Assembly (NCBI GenBank): GCA_016748015.1 | Contig: JAAOMT010000671.1 | Coordinates: forward strand, 124,001-188,000 | DNA: 64,000 bases | Reading direction: 5' to 3' | Source: Geosiphon pyriformis uo1 | Taxonomy: Eukaryota > Fungi > Glomeromycota | Part shown: one piece after another, positions 52,701-64,000 of the stretch | How positions within the stretch are numbered: the stretch's first letter is position 1 | How the letters are laid out: the number at the start of each line of letters is the position of its first letter | Translations under genes and position numbers: made by a program | The notes under the pieces: generated by a model | What the model saw: only the letters and a program-made list of their open reading frames with translations | Database searches by the model: none | Told to the model about the DNA's origin: nothing

Positions 52701-54064
52701 GTAAAGAAATAAAAAATGTATTTTTTTAAAGATTCTATGTTTTTACTGTAACCAGAAGATCAATGAAAAAAAAAGTATTAATTAAAGTTAAACATTAAAA
52801 AATATTATTTTGAAAAAAAATAACCTTTTTTAAATATATTATTAGTAAAAATAAAATTAATAATAATAATATATTATATACTATTTTATACAAAAATTTT
52901 ATCTTTAAAAAATGGTATTTAAAAACTTTGTTTGTTTTTAGTAATGTTAAAATTTTTGTTAATAAGATTATAAACTTGGTATATAATATAAAAATAGATT
53001 ATTATAATAAAGTATAATTAATTTAACTTAAATTTAAGATAGTTTTAAAAAAAATAATTTAATATCTTATAATAATTTGGTATTTTTTATTGTTTATGGT
53101 CTATTATTATAGCTTTTTAATAATCTTGTAAAATTATTTAATATTATTAAAATATTTAATATTTATTTTAGTTTATATAAGTTGTATATATTTTTTTAAT
53201 ATTAATTATAATGTTTTTGTTAAAATAAATTTGTGATATTGTCTTAATTAACTTAAATAGCTAATTATATATAAAAAGTACATAATTTATATTTAATTTA
53301 GATTACTTAGTTAATATATTATGCTAAGTAATATTTAGATTTTATTTATTAAAATAAAAAAAGTAATAATAAATTTTTAAATATTTTAAATATTATTTTT
53401 AATTTAATGAATTTAATATTATAACAAATAATATTAAACTTAAATAATTACACAAAACATTAAAATTTAATACTAAATAATTTTGTTAAATAAAATTTTT
53501 ATTTAATTATAAATATATTATTTATTACAAACCAAAAAAACTATTTAAAATAAAATAAGATTAAATACTAAATTTAACTTTTATACCAACAAACTTTTAG
53601 TAAACAATAAATTCAAAAAACTACAACAACATTAAAAATTATTTGGAAATATTTACATATTAATAACATAGTTTTTAAGTAAAAAACATTTTTTATAATA
53701 TTAAACAAAACAATATTTCTTACAAAACAACATTATTTACCACCAAAATTTTAAAAACCCAAATAACCTACTTTGATTAATTCAAGAACATAAAAAAACA
53801 AATATATACAAATTTTTTATTAGCATATTTTAAAAAAACAATATAATTTAAAGCTCATGTTGAATCCCAAATCTATAAATAAAATTTTTATAAAATGTGA
53901 TCCTCTGAACAATGGGAGCTTGGTTCTCCTTTTTTGTATAAAGGGCTGTAAATATCACATGCAATGACAATTTTTAACTAACGCCTTGAGCTATTAAATT
54001 CTAACATAAACACTTTGAACGCTTAATTTGACTGTTTTCCCAACTGAAAACTTCAAAAGAAATA

Positions 54065-57000
54065 ATGAGACAAGACCTGCTTTTCAACAAGTGTACCGTG
54101 ATTGTTACCGGGGCTGGTGGTGGTAAGTAAGCTACACTAGCTCAAGGAGTTGTACCTTGAGTTATTGAACCTTAGTTAATTACTCAGTGAAACGAAAGGT
54201 GAAACCTATCTTTTTTGCCGTTAATCGTTTGACTTTACTCTTTTATCAAACAACAACCTTTCCAAGGCCTGGGACGTGCTTATGCCCTGGCCTTCGCGGC
54301 TCGTGGTGCCAACGTTGTTGTTAATGATCTGGGTGTTTCTCGCTCTGGTGATGGGTCTTCTACAAACGCCGCTGATAAAGTAGTTGATGAAATCAATAAG
54401 TCTGGCGGTAAAGCTGTCGCTAACTATAATTCGGTCGAGGATGGTGATAAAATCGTCGAGACTGCCATTAAAGCCTTTGGTGGTGTCGATATTTTAATTA
54501 ATAACGCAGGGTAATTTTTAATAATCAAAATATATAACTGGTAGTGGCATTTTATTTATCGCTTTATACCATTCTAGCATCCTTCGTGATAATACATTCG
54601 CAAAAATGACGGATAAAGATTGGGATCTGGTACAGGCAGTTCACGTCCGTGGCACTTACAAAGTTACAAAGGCTGCATGGGATATATTCAAAAAGCAAAA
54701 ATATGGTAGAATTGTTAATCTTGCATCAGCCGCTGGTATTTACGGGAATTTTGGGCAAGCTAATTACAGTTCAGGTACTTAAAACTTGGCCTATTGTATA
54801 TGCAGTGTAGTGCATTGTACCAAATTTTTAATTGCTGAAACAATCTTAGAAGGTATTCTAATTAACCTTTATCCAAAATACCAATTTGACAGCTAAACTT
54901 GGTTTAGTTGCCCTCACAAAAACACTCGCAAAAGAAGGGGCCACATCTAATATTCATGTCAATGTAATTGCACCCATCGCCGCCTCTCGTATGACAGAGG
55001 CCGTAATGCCAAAAGATCTTTTAGAGGCTTTTAAGCCTGAATTTGTTGTTCCTCTAGTTCTCTATCTTTGCCATAATACAACAGGAGAAAATGGCAGTCT
55101 TTTTGAAGTGGGGGCAGGCTTTGTCGCTAAACTTCGATGGGAGCGCTCAAAAGGAGCTGTTTTTAAGGTTGATGAAACCTTCTTGCCAGGTTCTGTTGGG
55201 GCAAAATGGAGAGAAATAACAGATTTTTCCTATCCTGATTACCCTAATGCTCCGTCCGAAACAGATTTTACTGCTTTACTCGAACAAGCGAAGAGTTTGT
55301 CCTCGAACCCGAAGGGAGAAAATATCAATTTTAATGGGAAATCTGTGATAGTTACTGGTGCAGGTGGGGGTCTTGGTAGAGAGTATGCTCGCCTTTTTGC
55401 TAAATTGGGGGCCTCATTGGTTATTAATGATGTTGGAAAGCGTGACAATATCAGCGCCGCAGATGTAGTTGTAGAAGAGATCCGAAAAGCAGGCGGTAAA
55501 GCTGTTGCCAATTATGATTCAGTTGAAGATGGGGATAGAGTGGTTGAAACAGCAATTAAAGCGTTTGGGCACATTGATATAATTGTCAATAATGCGGGTA
55601 TATTAAGAGATAAATCATTTGTCAAAATGAGCGATCAAGACTGGGATTTAGTTCAAAAAGTTCATTTACGAGGAACATATAAAGTCACAAAAGCCGCTTG
55701 GCCATACTTTTTAAAACAAAAATATGGTCGTATAATTAATACAGCTTCCTCAGTTGGTTTATATGGCAATTTTGGACAAGCCAACTATAGCACAGCAAAG
55801 CTTGGCATTTTGGGTCTCAGCAATACTCTTGCGATTGAAGGCCGCAAGAACAATATACTGGTGAATACTATTGCCCCTAATGCCGGAACCGCGATGACCG
55901 CTACAATTTGGCCCCCAGAGATGGTTGAGGCTTTTAAACCAGAATACGTAGCCCCATTGGTTGCCTTCTTAGCATCTGAAAATCTCCCTTCAAATGGTAA
56001 TGTTTTTGAAGTTGGCGGAGGATGGGCAGCTCAAGTTCGTTGGCAGCGTTCAGGTGGTGTTAATTTTCCCATTTCCGATCTTACCCCTGAATTAATTGCT
56101 AATAATTGGCAACAAATCACAAATTTTGAGGATGGTCGGGCTACTTACCCAACCACGATTCAAGAATCTCTACAGCAGATTTATGAAAATTTCATCAAGG
56201 CTCAAGCTTCTCAGCCTAAAGGAGTCGGCAAGAAAATCGATGTAGAAGCTGCCAAGCATATCAAATATTCCTCTAAAGAATTTATATACACCGAAAAGGA
56301 TGTAATACTTTACGCGTTAAGCCTAGGAGCTACACGTCAGGATTTGCAATGGGTTTATGAAAATAGTGATAACTTTTCTGTATTGCCAACTTTTGGAGTT
56401 ATCCCAGCCTTATTGGCCTTACCTAATGACAAACTCAATGAGTTAGTGGGGGATTTTAATCCTGTAAGGCTCTTTATTCCACGTTGATGTTTCGATTAGT
56501 TTTGCACTTCAAAATTTTAAAATCAATCAATACTATTCGGCTTATTAGATGATGCTTCTCCATGGTGAACAATACCTAGAAGTTAAAAAGCCTATACCCA
56601 CTTCCGGGAAACTGACATCTACTCCTCATTTGGTGGATATCCTGGACAAGGGTAAAGGTGTATCCGTTATACTTGGTATTACCACGAAAGATGAAAAGGG
56701 CGATGTGGTATTTGAGAACGAATTTACCTTATTCATTCGCGGAATTGGAGGATTTGGCGGCAGAAAGGATCGTATAGATGCAGGGGCCGCGTCTGCTCCA
56801 AACAATCCTCCGACAAGGACTCCTGACGCAATTGTAAAAGAGAAGACAAGCGAAAATCAGGCATCAATTTATCGTTTAAATGGAGATCTTAATCCATTAC
56901 ATATCGACCCCCAAATGTCTGCATTGGGTGGTTTTAAAGTGCCAATTCTTCATGGACTATGCTCTTTTGGAATATCTGCCAAACATGTTTTGTCCACTTA

Positions 57001-57870
57001 TGGTAATAAAGACTCGAATGCTTTCAAGAATATAAAGGCTAGATTTGTTCTTCCTGTGTATCCTGGTGAAACACTCGAAACTCAAATGTGGAAGGTAAAA
57101 ATATCTCCGATTTAGGTACACCCTTATGTTGAAATTTACTTTGCTTATCAAAGCATGAATCTCCCTTGGTCCCATCAAGGAAGGTAATAAGATCATCTTT
57201 CAAACCCGGGTTGTGGAAAGGGATGTCATTGCTATCGCTGCTGCTGCAGTTGAATTAAAAGGATCGGGTAGTGCTGAGTCATCTAAAGACTCCTCCCAAA
57301 GCGGAGCTAAGACGGCGCCTGGTTCTCAGATTGCTGCTGATGGCTTTGGTGCTTCAGCAGTGTTTGAACAAGTCAAAGCAAGATTGGAGGCCTCTTCCTT
57401 AGCTGAACGTAAAAATCAAGTAAAGAAAGTAAGAAAAATTCAAAAATCTAAAACAAATTTTTTTACAAAGATCCTGAAAAAACACTTCTTCATTCATTAC
57501 TACGGATAAAGGTAAAAGGTTCTTTCCAGTTAGATATTACTAATGCTGAGGGAAAGAAACAATCCTGGTACATAGATCTCAAAAGTGGAGAGGGTGCGGT
57601 AGGCCTTGGTTCCTCACCAAAGAAAGCCGACGCAATAATCTCTATTAGTGATTCTGATTTTCTTGGATTGGCAACTGGAAAGCTTCAGGCCCAGAAACTG
57701 TTCCTTAAAGGGCAATTAAAGGTAATTTTAAACTTGTATTTAATTATCCTGCACTCTGGAAATGATTTTAAGAATAATGTTCCTCGCAATTCCTATAGGT
57801 AAAAGGGAATGTTATGCTTGCTACCAAGCTTGGAGAAGTTCTTTCACCTAATGCTAAAGCGAAATTGTGA
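54065..57870 (+). CDS. FOX2: Peroxisomal multifunctional beta-oxidation enzyme type 2 (two SDR dehydrogenases, hydratase-2, SCP2), 1048 aa. Exons 54065-54122, 54267-54510, 54578-54774, 54893-56463, 56549-57094, 57180-57428, 57512-57721, 57799-57870
   Basis: Two [16 protein letters not shown]/YSxAK SDR domains; LLHGEQ and [13 protein letters not shown] hydratase motifs; WYIDLK...[15 protein letters not shown]2; C-terminal AKL PTS1; all seven introns GT-AG and frame-consistent (3147 nt spliced). Confidence 0.97.
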
Positions 57871-58901
57871 GCCGACAGCATCCAATCCTCTTGGAGCTAT
57901 ACCAGCAAAACTATCTCAACTGAATAAAAGATACCTATTTGGTGCAACTACTCTTTTCCTTTGGCTCGCATCAACATAATAATATTGATTCATGTATCCC
58001 TTTCGTCAATAATTTACTCTGTTGATTTTCCATTTTGATCCTTGGGAAAATTATTTATGTATTTACTTATCTGTCAATGCTCGACAAATTTTTCTATTGA
58101 GGTAAAAATTTATTGGAAAATAAACCTTGAATGTTGTCATACCGCATGTGGGTTTCAATGTCCCGCAACTTTTCTTGAGAAAGAGAACTAAAAGGAGCCA
58201 AAGGCGCTTTACGCTTAAAAACTTCAAGATTTGGATCAATTGATGAATTTCTGAATTCCTCAACGCATCAACTTTTTGGAGGGTTTAAAAAACTTCAACC
58301 AATTAAAAAGCTGTAATTCAAGTTGTTTTTTGGCAATTTGTCTATGTTCGCAGCCAGTTTAAGCATTCAGTTTTGCGTATTGCGTATATTAAGGAAGTAC
58401 CAGAAATCAGATTTCTTGAATATTTGAAATTGTTAAGCTTAATAAAATATTAATTATTAAATTTAAAAGTTTAAATTGACATCAAATGTTTGTTTATGTG
58501 TAAATGTGAAATTAATGAATTATTTTTTTCATTTGATATTTTTCTGTTTTTTTATTTTAAATAAAATTTTGAATAATTAAAATTGAATTTAAAGTTGAAA
58601 ATATTTTCAAACCTATAATAATTTTTGTAAAAAAATTCAGTTTAAACTTAAATAACTTGAAACCAATATTAAAATACATAAACAAATCAATAAAAACTAT
58701 TAAAAATTCAAAGTTTGTAATATAAATAAAAAAATTTAAAATAAGTTTAGTAATTTAATTTTGGCTAATGTTTTGAATATAATATAAAAACACTATAATT
58801 TGTTTGTATTAAACTTACTATTAGATTTATTAAATATTTATTTATTAAAAAAATTGGTTTATAATACTTAAAAACAAATTTAAATATTAATAATTTCAAA
58901 A

Positions 58902-61420
58902 TTTTTTTTTTTTTATTACGAGTTTTACGAGTGAAGTCCAATTGCTATCTAGTACATAGAACCAATCTAAGTAGAACAAACTAAATACAGCTTACACACT
59001 TACTATATATGGCCAGCCACTTGGTCAAATAAAGCAATACTACACATCTATGCTAACAAATACATCACCATCTAAACTAGAAAAAAAATAACACAATTTA
59101 CATCTACTAAACCTAACAGCAAAAGATTCCATAACACCAAACATATAAACAACTCCAATTGACAACATAGATACCATACAGTGAAACAAGTCTGAAATCA
59201 TATTATTATCTCCAATTAAGCCAGTCTTTTCCATATTTACTCTATGCTTGGCCCTGACAATCCACACTCTAGTGTAATGCAATTCTATCACAAATCTAAT
59301 ATATTCTACAAGAACCAGAGCAGCTTTTTCTTTCTTCTCAAAAACTAAAACAGCTTCAGCATACCAATTCCTTAATACAAAACCCTTGCAAATAGCTGTG
59401 TATAAATTCACATCTAAAGAACACATTAAAAGTGAGTGTAAAATAACAAAAATAGATAAGCATGAAAAATCAGACAACAATACTTATTTCTTAATAGCTT
59501 CAACCAAAATGTTTTTATGGAGACCAGAGTTATCAGAACAAGTAAAAACGTAATCAGATAACTCTACCTTGTCACACAGCAAGCACAACACTCTAAAATA
59601 ATCTTTGTTATATAACTTCTTCCTAACTGCAATCAGTAGCTGTCTATAAACAGTCTTTATTAAATATGTGCACAAATTGGCTAACTTTTTACTAGTAAAT
59701 TCAGAAAGTATATGTGAATTAGGATGTCAAATCTTCATAGTAGTCTTCTAATTTATATTTTTAATTATAGCACCAGAAATTATATTATAACCAAGACCAG
59801 TCTCCCAATAAGTACAGCAAATTGATCAGTGCAAATTATGAACAAAATAACAAGTATTGCCAGATACAACAGTACTTTCAGCAACCAAAAACCTCTCTCA
59901 AATTTTGACCAGCAAAGAAAAAAATGAAGAAGTAGCTTTACTAGCCAATATATTAGCTTTAATATTGTCTGGCACATCTAAATATTCCTTAACTTTTACC
60001 CACTTAATTAAAATATCTTTATCCTTAAAGAGATTGACTATTTGCAATCTTTTAATTTAATATTGGCTATGGAAATCAGACACAGTAGAAGAAGTCTTAG
60101 ATATATAGGCATTAATTGCAGATTGGCTGTCCAATTAGAAAACCACAGAACATGAAAATAAAATGCACTCCAAAGTCAAAGCTATAGCTTGTAATTAAGT
60201 TAAAGTGAAAGACAAAAGCCTAATTATCCTAATCCCAATATTTGCATTTGTAGCTAAAAAGTAAGCAGCTGTCTTACCTGCCACTTCAACAGAACCAGCA
60301 TTTTTTAAGGACCCATCTGTATAGATCTCAATATAATCAGACCACACTCCCAGTAAACTATTACAAATATTAGAGAACTTATCAGAATTCAAAATATTCA
60401 GCATCTCTTTTCCATAAACAGCAGTAGTCCCAACTCCCAAAGAAACAGATTTGTGCATAAACTCAAATGCCAATAAGAATCAGGCCTCTTGAATTTAATC
60501 ACTTCTAACACCAAAATGTTTTCTAGTCTATCACATTCTCTTTTTTGTCTAGAAGTCTATTATTAAATGCAATATCAAATTGTTTTAACAAAAGAACAGA
60601 TTTGTAATACAAAAATTGGCCCAAGATATTAGACATCAAAAAATTACCAAATTCACAAAAGACACTAAACAGGTTGTTTGCCAATAACAACTTATTTTCC
60701 AAAAAAATTTTTACCACCCCAGCCAAAAAATTGTTTACAAAATTGACATGCAACTTAACAGGAAATTGTAAAAGATTCAGAGAGGACTACTTCAAAACTT
60801 GCAAATTCAAAAATTTATGATCAAAAAAGCATCCAAGAATGCTATGGCCATTGGAAAATGAAATTAGTAAAGTCAGCTTTCCTTAGCCTGTACTTGCTCA
60901 AAAGATTTCAAACCATACAAAGATGAATAGTGCAAAACCTTACTGGAAAAATCACATAGCAAACTAGTCTTGGCTTTAAAACTCTTCTTAATTATAACAT
61001 CTTACTTATAACACACATCCAAAGAAACAAAACTAAACTGTGTATAAAAACTAATTATGAACTGCAAAACTGCTGAAACCAAGTAACAAAATTGTTTATC
61101 TGTAATAGTTTTTTTTAATACTATATTAGAAAAAAACCTGACATTTATATGAACTTAAGCCAAACTGGATTTAAAAAGATCCTCAGTTAATAAAAAAATA
61201 TCCAAATATCAATGTAATTCACTCCTTTTAGCAATTGAAATCAGCAAATTATTGATTATTAGCAAAGCAGCCTTAACACCTTGATTAATAAAAATAGCCA
61301 TTGTCTTATTATTATTAATCAAAATATTATTAATCTCAAAAAACTCACTTGCAATATTCAAAATATACTGCATAAAAGCTTAATAATTTCCAATCCAGAT
61401 TGTATTATTAACAAAGGCAT
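58902..61420 (-). mobile_element. Decayed LINE, 3' part (RT end, RNase H, zinc finger, poly-A tail)
   Basis: AFVNNTIWIG (FVDD relic) at 61390-61418; IYTDGSLK RNase H; CLLC...FTC; 13-nt poly-A at 58902-58914. Confidence 0.85.
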
Positions 61421-64000
61421 TGTTACGGGATGGTTTTCTTGTTATATTTAATTGCTGATATCCCGCTTTAATTGCAATCAGTCTTTCGTGAGTTCCTCAA
61501 TTCTATTTGTGTGATAAGGTCACTTGTTACACTGAAGGCTTTCTTTTTACTGTTGCGATATAAGTTATTCTTTAATTCTTGATTGTTGTGTGTGTTTATG
61601 TACTCCTTCTCAGAGGCTGAACTGAAATCTACCNNNNNNNNNNNNNNNNNNNNNNNNNNNNNNNNNNNNNNNNNNNNNNNNNNNNNNNNNNNNNNNNNNN
61701 NNNNNNNNNNNNNNNNNNNNNNNNNNNNNNNNNNNNNNNNNNNNNNNNNNNNNNNNNNNNNNNNNNNNNNNNNNNNNNNNNNNNGATTCTTTTTGCTAAA
61801 TTCTTAAACCGTAACATTATCCCCTCCTTTCAAGATTGAGCTCCGTCGAAATCGAAGTTAATTTCTTCATTAAATTCTAAATTACTATAGTGGTTCAATA
61901 CTGTGTTATTAATTTGTTGAAGTGAGTTCACAGTAGAGGGCGATTTCTGGGAAATTTAGAATTTCTTGTGGTGTTGACGCGTTTTCTAGCTCCGTTCCGA
62001 GGTATCCAATGATGGTATCTTCCGGAATGTAGACGGGTTCTTCTGTGGTGTTTGCGATAGGAATTTTTATCCATTGAGCTTTATCAGCTGGAATAAAAAG
62101 GTTAGTAAGTCCTATGAGAAACTGTTGGCAAGTTTCTGGGTAGGGCTCAAATATTAGGTCTTTTTCTTTAATTGTCCTTTTTATTCTTATTTCTGATTTT
62201 CCATATGGTAGGAGCGTGATAGACCGCTCATTTTTAATTACTTCGCCTTTTTCCTCTATTGTTTCAGCGAAATTCGCTTCAATTCCTTTTCCTGTCGATC
62301 CGAAACCAAAAGTTCCTCTCGTTGTTTGTGACAATTCCTCACGATTTTCCACTGGCACGAATTTCCCAATTTTTACCAATGGTAGGAAAATTGCTTGTGC
62401 AATCTTTTCCTTAGATTCAATGGTATAAGGCTTTTCTGAATTGTTCTGTAGCAAAACCATCAAATTTCCGGTGTATCTGGAGTCAATTACTCCTCCTTGA
62501 ACGCTTATTCCTTTTTTCGCGAGGCTTGATCGCGACGCCATTTGAACCATTATTCCTGGCGGAATTTCAACCGCTAATTTTAGGTCGATTTTGGTGATGC
62601 TCCTGGGTGGTAACGTTGTGGATTGGTCTTCCGGATAACGTAGATCGAATCCGGCGTTGGTTGGATGGGCTCTTTCGGGTATTATTCCTAAGTGCCCGTT
62701 GTCGAAGTATCGGATGTCAGTCACCTGTTCTAGGTCGGTATAGGCTACAAATTTTTCTGACTCGGGACCGTCAGGTGAGTCTTGTTGATTTATTGATTGA
62801 TTTTGAGACTGCTGATTCTCAATTTCCATTTTTCTTTCTAAGTCCCTTTCGTCTTGACACTCTTCACAGCACTGACTTTGACACGAGATGAGACAGTTTT
62901 CGCAGAGGTAAGTGTTGATTTGGGCGAGGTATTGTTCTTGCTCTTGTCGAGTGGGGCATAGTTGTTGGTAGTAGTCCTGGAATTCGTCCACTGGGTCGAA
63001 CATGTTGTAGCTGGTGACTTCGTCGGCTACTTCGGCTGACTCTTTCCAACGTCGTATTTCTTCGGCGGTTCCTCCTCTTACTTTGGCTTGTGCGGTGTTG
63101 TACAACTCGTCCTCGTCGTGTGGGTAGTGCTGTAGTCTTTTTAATGCTCTGTTGAACGCTGCTTCGAACGGCGTTCCTCCTCTTACCCAGTCACAGATGA
63201 GGATCGTGTATTGGCAAGTTGCGTCACACGTTCCTCCTCTGCCTGGTAAGTCGTTCCAGTCGCACCCTCTTGGTAACGGTTCTCCACAAGCGAGGCACGG
63301 TTCCTCGTCCCATTTTCCGTGTCTTTCTGGGTAACCGTATTTTTCTTTGTTACAACGGTTACAATAGTAGTGGGTGGGGTTTCTTGGGTCTTCGTCCGGT
63401 GCGCTGCACGCAGTCATAGACGAGAGTTTCTTCTNNNNNNNNNNNNNNNNNNNNNNNNNNNNNNNNNNNNNNNNNNNNNNNNNNNNNNNNNNNNNNNNNN
63501 NNNNNNNNNNNNNNNNNNNNNNNNNNNNNNNNNNNNNNNNNNNNNNNNNNNNNNNNNNNNNNNNNNNNNNNNNNNNNNNNNNNNNNNNNNNNNNNNNNNN
63601 NNNNNNNNNNNNNNNNNNNNNNNNNNNNNNNNNNNNNNNNNNNNNNNNNNNNNNNNNNNNNNNNNNNNNNNNNNNNNNNNNNNNNNNNNNNNNNNNNNNN
63701 NNNNNNNNNNNNNNNNNNNNNNNNNNNNNNNNNNNNNNNNNNNNNNNNNNNNNNNNNNNNNNNNNNNNNNNNNNNNNNNNNNNNNNNNNNNNNNNNNNNN
63801 NNNNNNNNNNNNNNNNNNNNNNNNNNNNNNNNNNNNNNNNNNNNNNTCATTTCCTAGTAACGCTTGATATTGTGTAGCGTCCATTACTAATACTTTTGTA
63901 GGTATTACTATGCCGTTAATTTCGAAAGGAAATGAGTCGATTTCGCCATAAGGCAGCTTTGTACTTCCATCGGCTGTTATGATTTGGGACGTCGCGGCAC
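61421..64000 (-). mobile_element. Young, internally deleted Ty3/gypsy element G (3' LTR 61421-61816 with gap; PPT 61817-61830)
   Basis: TGTTACGG...CCGTAACA; PPT AAAGGAGGGGATAA; CpG-rich open reading frame; protease fragment at 63846-64000. Confidence 0.9.
61909..63434 (-). CDS. Open polyprotein segment of G: Cys-rich domain, trimeric-type dUTPase, pseudo-dUTPase-like segment (N-terminus in gap or outside window)
   Basis: 502-aa ORF; dUTPase motifs AGFDL, SRSSLA, GGVIDSRYTG, EKIAQ, RGTFGFGSTG. Confidence 0.9.

Noticed and set aside
48430-61420. The two LINE fragments as halves of one element flanking FOX2
   Set aside because: Their order is wrong for a single minus-strand element and they overlap across the FVDD motif
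61583-63884. ORFs with X runs, and antisense ORFs over G and FOX2
   Set aside because: Artefacts of N gaps, or shadows of the real coding strand

Overview
AT-rich eukaryotic (fungal) scaffold. The FOX2 architecture and the repeat types suggest Glomeromycotina/Mucoromycota, but this is not verified. About 90% of the window is transposon-derived. Positions 1-46.8 kb are a stack of nested Ty3/gypsy LTR retrotransposons. Element A (+) contains B (+, 1270-9785), which contains solo LTR S (7076-7954). Element E (-) contains truncated LTR H, element C (+, 13087-32999, whose 5' LTR contains D, +, 13520-23420) and element F (-, 33744-43690). E sits in a Tc1/mariner-like transposase relic that abuts a decayed LINE. 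The only intact host gene is an 8-exon FOX2/MFE-2 with a C-terminal SCP2 domain and PTS1 (54065-57870). It is followed by a second LINE (RNase H, poly-A tail) interrupted by a young, almost unmutated LTR element G that lacks RT, RNase H and integrase. The most interesting signal is the organisation of these LTR elements, which resembles a complex retrovirus. Features include a probable GUG-initiated Gag extension and a large Cys-rich domain, dUTPase and pseudo-dUTPase between protease and RT. Integrase is a separate ORF. A fast-evolving extra 3' ORF (ORF3) has its own TATA box and co-varies with family-specific palindromic motif arrays in the adjacent U3, making it a candidate transactivator or anti-silencing module. 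Target-site duplications (TSDs) are 4 bp and often CpG-centred. Older copies show pervasive C:G to T:A hypermutation.
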